Positions 25,083-39,280 of a stretch of 64,000 bases of DNA are shown one piece after another. A program made the position numbers and the translations under genes. Under the pieces are notes generated by a model. The model ran no database searches. It was not told the DNA's origin and was given only the letters and a program-made list of their open reading frames with translations. The stretch is from assembly GCF_006345805.1 (NCBI RefSeq), contig NC_043011.1, positions 3,844,001 through 3,908,000 on the forward strand, written 5' to 3'. Numbering within the stretch: the stretch's first letter is position 1; every line of letters begins with the position of its first letter. Source of the stretch: Octopus sinensis. Taxonomy: Eukaryota.

Positions 25083-25441
25083 TTATATATGTATGTATGT
25101 ATTTACAAGAGTATGTATATGACAGCTTTATTAACATTAACATTCCATTGTCACCTCTATTCTCACCTTCACTGATATAAGCCACCCTGTCTCTGTTATT
25201 ACCTCAGACTTATACTTTTTGCATCCCTCTCATTTTATCCTATAATTCACCCAATGCCCCTGGGGAGATCACATTACAGATTTTTATTGAAATCCCGGTA
25301 GCCTTGTATTGAAACGAAAATTAGTGTCACATGTATGCGAAGTTTCATGAATATTGGTTTTGTGGTTTAGGCTCTATGTTGGTGACAGACAGAAATTGCT
25401 ATTTATAAGTATATGAGACAGACAGACCTTATTTAAATGTA

Positions 25442-26285
25442 TGTGGTCTGATTAATAAATATCTGGACTGTTGCCATAGTAACAAAGCTAGAGCACACAG
25501 AGTGAAGCTTAGCAAAGACTGACCTTGAACTCTGTTGTACATTTGCACTAAGTTTTAATGTTCTAGCTCACTTATGCTGTTTACAACAGTGCTTGGAAGG
25601 AATGTGTGTTGACCATGAGAGAGAAAGTTGTCATGGTGATACCTGCTCAGAGGCCTACACAAAGTTGCAGAATGTGTATGGAGAGGAGTGTATGAGCTGC
25701 ACTCAAGTGTACGAGTGGTTCAGACATTTCCAAGATAGCTGAAAAAATGTCACTATTGATGAACGTTTTGGGAGACATGCAACCAGCAAAACTGAGAAAA
25801 ACATCGCAGTTGTATAAATCGTCAAATCACCATCTGTGAGTTATCAGAGGATGTGCTGATTAGTTATGGTTTAGTTCATTATCACTGAAGATTTGGGTAT
25901 GAGATACTTATCTGCTAAATTTGTGTCAACAATGCTTTCGGTGGACCAAAAAGACACTCAGGTTTCAGTTGCACAAGATAAACCTTAATAGTTTGGCGGA
26001 TTATGAAAACTGTTTGAAAACTTTGTGCAGGCCTTTGAGCAGCTATCACCAAGCTTTTGGCAAAATGTGATGCAGATTTTCTGCTCAACTTTGTCTGTCA
26101 TGGTCAATGCAATGATCACAAATACTTCCAAGCATTGCTGTAAAAAGCAGAAGTGAGCTAAAACATTGAAAATTATTGTGCATGTACAGCAGAGGTCAAA
26201 GTCAATCTGTGCCAAGCAGCTTCACTCTGTATACATTAGTTTTGTTACTATGGCAACAGTCTGGATACTTATTGATCAGACCGTG
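25442..26285. mobile_element. Mariner derivative made of two 5' ends in inverted orientation
   Basis: TA-flanked 45-bp TIRs (GGTCTGATYAATAARTATCYRGACTGTTGCCATAGTAAC); both arms carry transposase N-terminus (TQVYEWFRHF on +; MTDKVEQKICITFCQKLG on -). Confidence 0.8.
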
Positions 26286-26497
26286 TATATATACCTCAAG
26301 TATGTGAGTGTGTTAGCCAATATGAAAAACCCTCTTTGTGATGACCCAGCTTAGGAGTTATAGCAAGCAAATCATTCTCAAATTACTTCCTACTGATGTA
26401 TATATAAGTGTACAAAAATGTATGCAGAAAAGAACCTATGTATGTATAAATGTATGCATGTATGTGTGCATGCATGTGTGAATGTGTGCATGCATGA

Positions 26498-26543
<46 letters not shown>

Positions 26544-26827
26544 ATGCAGTATGGCAAAATGCTTAAGATGTATGCTTGCAATCATGAGGTTTCAGTTACA
26601 GTCCCAATGTATAGGATCCTCAGTAAACATACTTTCCATCGATGTGGGTTGGCACATACCTTGTGAGTGGAATTGGGTAAACAAAAGCCGTATAGGGCCT
26701 TATCGGTAAGCATTTTAGAAGTAATTCAAAGATACTGCCTTGTCACAAACTCTCATACTGATTCTGCCTGTAAATTAGGATACACATGACTGTGGCCTAC
26801 TCAGTCACTTAGCATACTTTAGTCAGT

Positions 26828-27214
26828 GGAGGTGCAATGGCCCAGTGGTTAGGGCAGCGGACTTGCGGTCATAGGATCGCGGTTTCGATTCCCAGACCGG
26901 GCTTTGTGAGTGTTTATTGAGCGAAAACACCTAAAGCTCCACGAGGCTCCAGCAGGGCGTGGTGATCCCTGATGTACTCTTTCACCACAACTTTCTCTTA
27001 CTCTTACTTCCTGTTTCTGTTGTACCTGTATTTCGAAGGGCCGGCCTTGTCACTCTCTGTGTCACGCTGAATATCCCCGAGAACTACGTTAAGGGTACAC
27101 GTGTCTGTGGGGTGCTCAGCCACTTACACGTTAATTTCACGAGCAGGCTGTTCCATTGATTCGGATCAACCGGAACCCTCGTCGTTGTAACCGACGGAGT
27201 GCTTCCTCCTCCTA
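26828..27214 (+). mobile_element. SINE family C, full length
   Basis: Near identical to 21392-21776; degenerate 14-bp TSD ATACTTTAGTCAGT / ATACTTGAGTCAAT. Confidence 0.9.
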
Positions 27215-27841
27215 ATACTTGAGTCAATGAGCAGTTAATCCACTTGACTGAACAACTGAAAACTGATGTATGAACAAAATGTATTTATGTATGAACAAGA
27301 ACAGATCTTCTACACGAGCTTAATCTTCCTCTCTCAGCCTATTCATTTATGTGTGTGCATACAAGCCAATGCAGTGTAGTCTCTGATATCTAAACAAAAT
27401 CGGATGGCTGTCATTAAAAGGCCTTTAAAAAATTCAGTTTGCTAATTTAAGACCAACTTGGAGCTCATTTAAAACAGAGAGACATCAACATTGCAGGTGC
27501 TTCTAACCAAAATAGCAGCCAATTCTCCCTCGAACTGCATCATACCGCTGCATGTTACTATGTTACAATGTTCCAATAGCTTGGCATCACTTGATACCTC
27601 TGATGGTATACACACATGCACGCATAAATGCTCACACTCCCCACAGACACACACATGCATGCAAGAACACACACACACACACACACACACATGTGTAAGT
27701 GTTTTCATGTCAGCATGCATGCTTGCATGTATGTATGTATATATGAATGCACGTATGTATGTATGTAGGAATGTATGTATGCATGCATGGATGCATGTAT
27801 GTATGCATGTATGTATGTATGTATGTATGCGTGTGTGTGTG

Positions 27842-27872
<31 letters not shown>

Positions 27873-30800
27873 TATATGTATGTATATGACCATTGATTCT
27901 GCTGAGGTCACTGCCCTTTGACAGGTTTTGTTTTTCATCCTTCAACTGTCCAATGAAAACTACCCTCCTCATCACACAGACTAGTTACTAATAGCTCAAC
28001 TATGATACAGGTTATACTGGTTACATATTACCAGTAGCACTAAGATTAATCTGATGTAGACTAGTTCTTCTCTTTAGTCAAATGCATTCATTGTTTAGAG
28101 AGAGGGACTAGCCTTGCACAAGGCTTTTTCTCACTTCAAAAAGGTGTCACATAAGATTTTAACATCTGTATTATGTGGCAGCATACAATGATTTGTTTGT
28201 TTCTCCAAAAGGCAAAAACACTCAATAAGCAAATCCATCATAAAATGAAAACTTGTACTAGTGTGTGCAATAAGCTCTCTGAATACCAGCTGTAAGGAGT
28301 TCCTATGATTGTCACATCTGTGCAAAGGAATATAGTTCTGTAGCAGAACTGGGAAGCTATATCTATGCTGCTTTAACAGAACAATCAAGTAACGTTATTA
28401 CTTGAAATTGAGTTACAACTATCATGTGTGTGTATGTATGTCTATATATATATATATACACACATAAACACACACATATGTTTATGTATGTATGTGTGTG
28501 TGTGAAGTTATGTGTAGTTATGTGTATATCTATATATTTTTACATGTCTGTTTGGTTTCATACATATATATATATATAATATATACATACAAAGATTCAT
28601 AGACACATACATGCATACTCGCATATATGTGTATTTGCACATAAATGCATCTATATATATGTACATCGTATATATATGCTCATGTGTTTGGGTATAAAAT
28701 AAAATTAATAAAATTAAAATCCCTTCAACGCATTCCAATTCAAGACTCTTGTGTTGATAATCCAATAAAATATCGACTTAGCAATTTTACTTCTACACAG
28801 TTCAATGGATGGTAAAATAATATGACGTGGGTTAAAATAAGATTTCTTTCTTTTTCATAATGATTTATATCAGTAATTCTCTAGATTTTTCACTTCTCTA
28901 TCTCTTTAACTATACACTTCAACTCCATTGCTTTCTTAACTTACAGAATTATCTAGAAAAGTGGGACATGTAAAACTACAGAAGTTAATAATACTAGAAA
29001 TTTGGAAAGGTGACAATAAATTTAATACTCGTATTAGAATAACTTCACAAGAATTAACCTTTTAAATTGTGAGAGGTGACAGAGCTTCTATATGGTTGCC
29101 TGGTCTACGAGGAATAACAACCAAATTTCCCCTCACGTGTTACACTCAACAATATTAAATAAACAACACAATTGATAATGTAGACTGAGTAAAGAATGTT
29201 GAGATGATCATGTGAGAATTGCTTTTAACCACAGGTTGGGTCATTCAAAATTGATTTGATAACACATCCATAAGCAATCTCATTATTTGGTCTTAAGCAC
29301 TTGTATGTATTTGAAAGCCATTGTTTCACATTACTGATATATATTATCAAAGCTGTTGAATAAAAGACCGAAAGCAGGTAGAGATGCATGAAAATGGAAG
29401 TATTAGATTGAAATCATTAGAACATTTACTTTGCTTCTTTGTTTCAAATTCTGTAAACGTTGGATTGAACTTTTATACTTTCAGAACCAAATGTAAATAT
29501 ACCTTTGCCAATGACATCTGACCTTTTTTACTTGGGAAATCTCTGATTAGAGCTTTTGTAATAACTTCAATGGGATTTTATCATGATGGTAATGTTGATG
29601 ACAACGATGATACTGATGTCAAAGACGATGACAAATGCCAACATTGTTGACTGCCCCTAGAAAGACAAAATTTACACATTTAATAATGATGCCTTTCTGC
29701 TGTCTAATGTGCATATCATACCAAGTTGTTACATAATCATAGGTAGCATGTTTGGGAGAGAAGAGAGGGGAAGTAATCTCTATTAAATTATTCCCAGTAT
29801 TTGAAGAGAAGGAAAAGCTATTTAAAACCTCCTTGCATTTGAAGAAAAGTAAATTGTCGTGAATAAATTCACCCTCTATTTTGGGGAAATTAGCAGTCAT
29901 TTATATCCATTCTGTGTTTCATTGGTTCTTCAATTTATCAATTCTGGAAGCATGAAAGGCAAAGTCAGTATCAGCTTCATATGAACTTAAAATGTAAGAT
30001 AGGGCACCTTACAAACTCTGTCACAACTCCAGACTTAATAATCTAATGATACTAGCAAATTTTGGGTTGTGAATTTTGGGGATATATTTTATCTCTAGAG
30101 CTATACAACAACAACAAAAAAAAATTTCAAAGAATTCTTTATTAGGTTTACACGAGTATCAATCATGAAGAAAGCTTACAGGTAATAAATAATATGAGGC
30201 AGCATAAATTAGGATGTGTGTAGCTAAATCTCCAACTCCAAAATTGTTTAATTCATTATCTGAACTAGAATGAATGTTTAAAACATGCCAATACAGGAAA
30301 ATGAAGATAGATGCAAAATCATTATCAAAGAAAATTCTATAAAATAGCAAGTATTCATGCAAGTATAGACTCCAGACAGAGTGTCCACACAGAGTATATA
30401 TATTTCAGCATAATTTCTTCTTTTGTCCTTCAAAAGTATATATTATTAATTGCTTTTTCTAAATTGATTTTATTTTATTTTCATATGAATTGGTGAAATT
30501 TCATTCATATTTTTTGTATCAGTTTTTCAGTTGATATATTCTACTTTTTTTTTTAGTGTATAATCATTTAAGAGTTATAAAAATTTCTCCATAATAAATG
30601 GTTTATATATGTGTTTGACTGAGTAGATTTATATATATATATATCATATATAATATCTTGCATATTAGTACATACATGTATGTAGAACTCCGTGTGTGTG
30701 TGTGCGTGCATGTGCTTGTCTATTTAAGTGTTAAAGTATCCACATTAATGTACATTTAATATTCATGTACATTTGTTCAATATAAAAAAAAATAATGAAT

Positions 30801-31332
30801 ATTCAGATTACGTTTTACATGTACCTGTATGTGCCTTCACATCACATCGTTATACATAAAACTGTTGTGGGGTGAGTGTGTGTGTGCATGGCTGTAAAGT
30901 TAAGAAATTTACTGTGTCATTTGGGTTCAATCTCACTGTGTTACACCTTATGACACACTGAATCTTCTAATAAATATTAATTTCAAATTTTAGCACAAGG
31001 CCAGCAATTCCAAGGTGGTGAATAAGTCCATTGTTCAACTGGTACTTATTTCATCAATTCCAAAAGTGTAGGTGTGTTATACTTCATGTGTGTATTTATA
31101 TATATATATATATATATATATACGTTTATATATTTGTTGTGCAAGATTTTTTATGTGAAGTCGTGTGTTGAAACAGATATTGTGTGACGAAAGAACTCTG
31201 GCGGAAATAAGATTAAGATTAATGTAAAAAATAAATAACACTGAAGCAAAATAACACCAAATATATAGTGCGTGTGTTTTTATTGGCTAAACTGGCAAAA
31301 TGACCATTCCGAAATATATATATATGTATGTA

Positions 31333-32266
31333 CGAAGGGGTACCCAAAAGTAACCAGAAATGTTCTCTGTGGGACAAGCCCATTGTATTTCAGGCTTCTG
31401 CCACTAGAAGCCACTTGATGCAACCCTCAGGCATCAGCCTGCCAACAGGTGTTGTCCAGTGTGGTCATACTGCCACATGGTGCCATTTTGTTTTGCAGTG
31501 CTTCTCTCCGGTTCGTCAATTTTTTCAATGGCTGAAATGAAGGAACAGCTTGCTTCCATGAAATTCTGTTTTCTGCTGGGGAAAACGGCCACTGAAACAG
31601 TTGTCATGCTTCAAACAGCTTACAAGAACACTGCCATGAGCAAAACACAAGTTTATGAGTGGTTTTCATGCTTTGGAAATGGTCACTTGTTGCTTGAGGA
31701 CGAACCTCGTTCAGGGTGACTACTGACCTTCCAAACTAATGAAGACATCATAAAAATTCATTAACTGATCTTGGAGGGCCATCACTGAACAATTGACGAA
31801 CTTGTTGATATGACTGGTGTGCCCTGGAGCTCCTGCCAACAAATTCTGTGTGAGGAATTGCAAATGAAAAGAGTTGTGACGAAATTTTCACCTTGCTTGC
31901 TCACAGATCAAAAGCAGTCACAATTGAATGCATGTCTTAAACTGAAAGAACAATTGGAAGTTGATCTGGATCTTTTTTCCAAAAGTCATCACTGGTGACA
32001 AAAGGTGGTGCTATGGAATTTGCAGATGTGGAAGAGATGAAGAAAAAAGTGACAAAATCTGGTCTGTTATATGACATGGTGTGTGTGTGGGGGGCGTTTA
32101 TTAAAAGGTATCACTTCGCTAGAATTTCAGCACTGCTTCCAACAGTAGAAAACACACCTGGACAGATGCATTGCTTCAAATGCAGAATACTTTGATAAAA
32201 GTGTAAACATATAAAAGTGAATGGAATAATATTGCAGAATTCTGGTTTCTTTTGGGCACCTTCTTG
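31333..32266 (+). mobile_element. Internally deleted mariner
   Basis: TIR CGAAGGGGTACCCAAAAGTAACCAGAA / TTCTGGTTTCTTTTGGGCACCTTCTTG; KFCFLLGKTATET..VYEWF..EDEPRSG. Confidence 0.88.
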
Positions 32267-33189
32267 TGTGTGTGTGTGTTATACTTCATATATATATATA
32301 TATACTTGTATATCATCATCATCATCATGAACATTTAACGTCCATCTCCCATTTTGTCTTGTGTTGGATGGCTTGACAAGAAATGGCAAGGCCAGGAAGC
32401 ACACCATGTTCCATAGTCCATTTTGGCTTGGTTTCTACAGCTGGACAACAACCATTTTTAGAGTTTAACTGAATACCCTTTAAGTGACACTATCACTTGT
32501 GCTAGCACCAGCACCGGTACTTATTACATGGTGTATATATATATATATATATAGTGTGTGTGTGTATGTCTATTTGTTTCCACTTCTTTTTTAGAAATGG
32601 GTCAAAAGTAATTATTTTACCGCTAGATGCCCTTTCTGTTAGCAACACTTTAGCTGTTTACAAACAAGCAAGTCTTTCCTTCTGCACATCTTCAAAAGTG
32701 CACAAGGTTACCCTGCAGTTTGTTGACAGAGAAATGATAACAAAGAACATTAACCATCTCTCATACGAGCATGGAATGTAAATATTCTTTGAAACACATG
32801 ATTGTTGTACAGCATAACAAAAAACTAAATGGCATTTATTTTCTTTATTAATATAATCCATTATCAACATGAAATTGGAAGTCATGATGGAAATAACTTT
32901 CAAGTTTACAATCAACCTGTTATAATGGAGATTGAAAATATTTGGGATGATAGCCTGCAATGTGCTTTATTCTGCTCACCTGAAATCATTATGTTATGCA
33001 ACGATCATATGCAAGATATTAAATGGTTAAAAAGTTGTGGATTGAATTTCTTTCTGAATAAAAAAAATCTAAAAGCCTACATCAACAGAGTAGCAATCTA
33101 TACCTTTTAAAACGTATTGCTGTAAATTTTTATGAAAAAATGCACTCTATTAAGAAACATTATGGAAAGAAACAAAAATCAAGAGGTGG

Positions 33190-34550
33190 GCTGCTACACT
33201 GTATCTTCACACACGCACACACACACACCATGTCATATAACAGACCAGATTTTGTTTACCGTGTCAACTATTTTGAAAAGTTGACAATGCATAGATGGCA
33301 TTTCATAGAAAAATGGAAAAAATTATGGAATGGATTTTCTGAACATGATTTTAATAACCAACATAAATTAAATTATGTATCAGAAAGAGAGCTCAAACAA
33401 AGAATTCATTCAAATAGATGCATTGGAACTTTTTTCTATATAAACAAAATGAAGCAAAGGATGTTCACAGCTAATATTTTATGCCACCAAAACCAGATGA
33501 TTTTATTTTGAGGTGAAAGTGGGTTGGCATTCTATGATATCTCTTATCAGAGTTGGACAAACTTTTGTCTCACTGGGATCCTGCACTTGAAACTTATGAA
33601 AGTTAAGCAAAAAAGACTTCATGCACAATATTTGTAAGCAGAATCACAAAAAAAATTTTTTTCTTTTGCTCCTATTTTGCTCCTATTTTGTTTTGAAATA
33701 CATATTCTTAGGAAGATCAAATGCAAAATACCATTCAGTAATATCTGATGCAATATCTGATTCTATACATGTCAAACAGGTAACATATATCATGCCTTAC
33801 CTTTAAAGTATGGATTGTGAGTTTAAGATTTGAGAGAGATTTTATCTTAGGAAGACTATAGTGAGAAAACAGGTTCTGACATTGCAAACCTGATAGAGGA
33901 AGCTGCGAATTACAATTGCATTTACTCGGAAAATTGCAGGAGTCTTGGAAACTATAGGATCAAAATGGCAATCAAGTATAAGGGAGTATAAAAGAAAACC
34001 AGACAATGGATCCCAACACTTAAGCAGAATCATTATTTTGGACATCCACATTTTTATGTCATTATTAATTCAGTCAATGAAAATTTAAAGCTAAAAGGAA
34101 AATCTCTGGCATACAACTGAAAATACCTCACTATGGGAAAATCTCACAGAGTATGTTTTCAACAGTTTACAGTATTGATGTTAATGGCAAAGGACTTTCA
34201 AAGAAATTTATCAACATGGAAACTATAATAACACGGCAGAAACTTTAGGAAACTTCACCTTATACCCATCAATTTACTCTGCAAAATATATAAACTGGGA
34301 AATATTTTTCCATAACTTTGTCTTTTGCTTTGGATTTTTCTCCTGATGCCTGCAATGGCAGTCTCAGCAGAACATTCATTTCAGTAACCTTAAACTGATA
34401 ATGAACTATCTCAAAACAAACATGTCACTAGGTTGCTTGGTGGTCTTAACTCAACACAGCACTGAATTAGATCTCAGTGGAACTATTGATTTCAGATATA
34501 TCATAGAAAACTTTGCACACAAGAAAGCATGTAAGGCACTCCTGTAAAAG
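33190..34550 (+). pseudogene. Heavily decayed hAT transposase (DUF4371/ZMYM1-like and C-terminal dimerisation domain)
   Basis: AKYHSVISDAISDSIHVKQV (resembles yfsiilDeTpDisHkEQ), SAEHSF/KLIMNYLKTNMS, IDFRYIIENFAHKKACK; many stops and frameshifts. Confidence 0.65.
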
Positions 34551-35439
34551 TGAAAACCCAGTCATTCACTCTATAATCTTTGATAATAAATAAATAATTA
34601 AAATTATTTATTAGTTTTTGGCTTTAATAGTTTGGGGTTGAGACTCTAAGGCAGACCTGCTCTGGGATTAATTCTTACTCTTGGCAGCCTTTCTAATCTT
34701 TTCCTTTTATTCCTGAATGTCTTTTAGAATCAATCACTTTGTTTCAGAATACTATTTTTGCTGATTTCATAATTTAGATTAAATCAAAGATAGAACATTG
34801 TCATGAGTTGACCAGGGGTCAGGATTGGACAACTGATGCTAGCTGGACATTGTTTGAGATAAGAGAGAGGAACAACTTATATAAATGTCGAAGTATTATG
34901 TTTTATTGTCGTTGATGTTGCCCCAGGTTAAATCTGGCAAACAGAGCTACAATAACAAGATATTCCAGCCAAACGGATTTCAGCCACTGTACATCTAGGA
35001 CAACATTATCCAATGTATCAAGTTTTTCTTAGAAGGAAGGGTGTGATAATACAGATTTTGAATGTACTTTATTAACAAAGCAAACAACTACTCTGACACT
35101 TCTTGGAAATTGTTATTTCTTAGCACCAGGTCAGACCTGATCGTGGTTATTCTGGCCTTGATTATCCTGTCTATTTAGGGTCATGCAAGAGTAATAAAGC
35201 AAATTTATGGCATTAGATATTTTTACCTTAGGCTTAACCAAATATTGCTTCTATTTCAAACTATTCACACTCATTGTTTACATTTCTTAATTTTACATGA
35301 CACGTAAATGCCTGCATTGTACAATAATACTCCTCCACATACCTACCTTCATTCATATATGAATGTGTGTGTGTAGATCGATCGATAGATAGATAGATAG
35401 ATAGATAGGTAGATAAATAATGAGTGTAATGTATATTCT

Positions 35440-35845
35440 TTCTTTTCTTTTTTCTTTTATTTCTTTCAGTCATTTGACTGCGGCCATGCTGGAGCACCGC
35501 CTTTAGTCGAGCAACTCGACCCGGGACTTATTCTTTTGTAAGCCCAGTACTTATTCTATCGGTCACTTTTGCCGAACCGCTAAGTAACGGGGACATAAGC
35601 ACACCAGCATCGGTTGTCAAGCAATGCTAGGGGACAAACACAGACACACAAATACACACTCGCATACATATATATACATATATACGACGGGCTTCTTTCA
35701 GTTTCCATCTACCAAATCCACTCACAAGGCTTTGGTCGGCCCGAGGCTATAGTAGAAGACACTTGCCCAAGGTGCCACACAGTGGGACTGAACCCGCAAC
35801 CATGTGGTTGGTAGACAAGCTACTTACCATACAGCCACTCCTGCG

Positions 35846-35847
<2 letters not shown>
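35440..35847 (-). mobile_element. SINE family A, full length
   Basis: Reverse complement of the 18.5-kb copy. Confidence 0.85.
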
Positions 35848-35889
<42 letters not shown>

Positions 35890-36301
35890 CATATATTGTG
35901 TCAAAAGTTGACAATCTACTCTGAGTTTCACACTTGGCTGTTTATGTTTATATAGATATTTATAGGTGAGTTTGTTGTGTGTGTGTGTGGTGGGGTGTCT
36001 GTGTGTGTGTGTGTGCATGTGTGCATGTATGTGCGTGTGAGAACATATTATTTTCAAGTATATTTATCTAGCATTTCCATCACGAAATTTCAACTTCATT
36101 ACCTTATATGGCAAATGTCATATTTGATGGTGTTGTCAGATAATTCTCCCATTGACTTTTTCATATTCAATTTTTTTAATATTTTTTAACATAATGAACT
36201 GAAAGTAAATAATATTTCTATAATATAAAAGTAATGAAAATAAATATATTATATATATATATATAATATATATATATATATTTATTTTCATTACTTTTAT
36301 A

Positions 36302-36356
<55 letters not shown>

Positions 36357-36359
36357 ATG

Positions 36360-36391
<32 letters not shown>

Positions 36392-36440
36392 TGTATGTAT
36401 ATATATATATATAATATATATATATATAATATATATAATA

Positions 36441-36474
<34 letters not shown>

Positions 36475-36691
36475 TCCAGTTGATACTTTGAAATTTTATA
36501 AATAGTTTGAATATCTTTTTTTGTATTAAGTGTAAGGAACTCAGATTAAATAGTCTGTCCGAAACCAAGAAAAATGCCAGATTTTATTATTTAGAAGAAA
36601 ATTCATCTAAAGAATGTGATAGAAATAACCATCAATATTGATTGTCAGTATAGATATGGTATATATAATACATGTATGTGTGTGTGTGTGT

Positions 36692-36732
<41 letters not shown>

Positions 36733-36811
36733 TGAGCATGCAAGTGTGTGTGTATATAAATATATGTATGAATATATATTTATACTTATGTCTATGTATT
36801 TATCTATCTAT

Positions 36812-36842
<31 letters not shown>

Positions 36843-36964
36843 TACAAATGTATAATATATATATATACAGACATATACAATATATATATACATATACGTA
36901 TATATATATATTTATTTATTTATTTATTTATTTACACATACATATATAATATATCCATATATAC

Positions 36965-36998
<34 letters not shown>

Positions 36999-36999
36999 C

Positions 37000-37108
<109 letters not shown>

Positions 37109-37469
37109 TACATACATACTATATATACACATATGTAATATGTTCATGTGATAGTAAAATCACAGGACTTTCTTTTCTTTCACCAGCATTTGATTTTTGT
37201 ATTTTTATTTTGTTTTGTTTTTTACCTTTTTATGCATGCCAGACAAATGGTGATATATTCTTCTCTGTTGAGTGAGAGTTTCTCATAGTACTTTGTTTTC
37301 TGATCTGCAAAACAGATTACAATCCTATTGATTGGCAACTAAGATTTTAAACCAAATAATGCACCAGAATAATAACATTTGGGAATAATATATCCAGAGG
37401 AGATGACATGATGGAATCTGTTAATACTAGCTGAGCAAATAAAAATTCTAATAAATTGTTCTGTAATCC

Positions 37470-37544
<75 letters not shown>

Positions 37545-37550
37545 GATCGA

Positions 37551-37584
<34 letters not shown>

Positions 37585-37646
37585 GATCTATCTATCTGTC
37601 TATCTGTCTATCAATCTAATCTATCTATCCATCTGTCCATTGGCCC

Positions 37647-37686
<40 letters not shown>

Positions 37687-37701
37687 CTCTCTCTCTCTCT
37701 A

Positions 37702-37816
<115 letters not shown>

Positions 37817-37881
37817 CATCATCATCATCATCATCATCATCATCGTTTAGCGTCCGTTTTCCATGCTAGCATGGGTTGGAC

Positions 37882-37926
<45 letters not shown>

Positions 37927-37962
37927 TTCTCTATCTGTCTATTTATTCATATATCCACCAGT

Positions 37963-39026
37963 GTATCTTTATGGTTATCATCTCTGTGTACAATTTTGTT
38001 CCAATTGTTTTCAAATTTGGTATATGGATTAAGTTTTGTATACTAATTATGAAAATGAAATTCATTTTTCCTATAAATCTATAATAAAAAAGTTATTAAC
38101 CTTTAAACTTTGCAAAATTTGGGTATCTTAGCCAATCAGAAGTGTGTATTTTACACATCACCATTAACTTCTGTTAGTATAGTAAGTAAAGAAGCACCAC
38201 ATGTTCCGTAGCTGATTTCAAAGAGCTCTGTTTCCATAGCAACCAAAGATGCTGCACATGCACACAAGGAGTGTAAACAAGGCCTGCCTACAACACTCAG
38301 TTCTTCCAGGGACCACTACGTTCAGTGACCTGCGGCAAACTTATAATCATATCCCAGAAATCATGGGCTATGATTTCAAACATAAAACTGTGAACCATAG
38401 CATATTGAATTTATAAACTCAAAAGATGGGACTCACCCTCAACAAACTGAGAATACCTGGGAATCTTTAAAGTGTGAAAACAAATGCCAGTGTGGGACAC
38501 ACCGCTCTATGGTTGACTCTTATTTTTGTGAATTTATGTGGAGAAGGAGATATGAGAAAGATAATATATTTTATAAAATCCTAGAGTGTATTGCAAACTT
38601 TCGTTCTTGAATTTTTTTAACTAATAAATGTCTGTTTAAAGCAATGTTTTGATTGTTATTTCTAGCAACTCCTGTTGATTTGCTCGTAGCTTTTAGATAT
38701 TTAATTTGTTCGTGAATCTTTTAATGTCTTTCTCTATTTACTGTTGCTAGTTCAGTGTTTGACATGCCGGTGCGCCCCACCCCTGCAATCTCGCTACTGT
38801 GACAGATAATGGAAGAGGCAGCAAATGCACTGTTTTCTTGGTTGAAAATTCTGGTTGAAAATTCTGACAATTACCAAACTTTGAACACCTGTAACATTTT
38901 CACAAAATCTTTCTGGAATAAATGAATAACAAATTCAGATTTGGTGTCAAAAATTACATCCATGTGATACATTAAAAAATATTTTTTAGAGATTTCGACG
39001 TGCTATGACGATAACCACAAAGATCC
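37963..39026 (+). mobile_element. Merlin (IS1016/IS1595-like) DNA transposon, internally deleted
   Basis: FSDLRQTY, HKTVNHS/EF..GTHPQQTENTWESLK..SYFCEFMWRRRY; TIR G(G/T)ATCTTTRTGGTTATCRTC; 8-bp TSD CCACCAGT / ACATCAGT (6 of 8 match). Confidence 0.8.
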
Positions 39027-39039
39027 ACATCAGTTTGCT

Positions 39040-39280
39040 TTTATTTCTTATTTCTTTACTGCCCACAAGGGGCTAAACATAGAGAGGACAAAGAAGGACA
39101 GACAAAGGGATTAAGACGATTACATCGACCCCAGTGCGTAACTGGTACTTAATTTATCGACCCCGAAAGGATGAAAGGCAAAGTCGACCTCAACGGAATT
39201 TGAACTCAGAACCTAACGGCAGATGAAATACCGCTAAGCATTTCGCCCGGTGTGCTAACGTTTCTGCCAGCTCACCGCCT
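39040..39280 (-). mobile_element. SINE family B, full length
   Basis: Reverse complement of 57639-57853. Confidence 0.85.

Noticed and set aside
32595-32781. 62-codon + strand segment after a good acceptor (NGSKVIILPLDAL...)
   Set aside because: No recognisable family and no partner exons; this length is expected by chance
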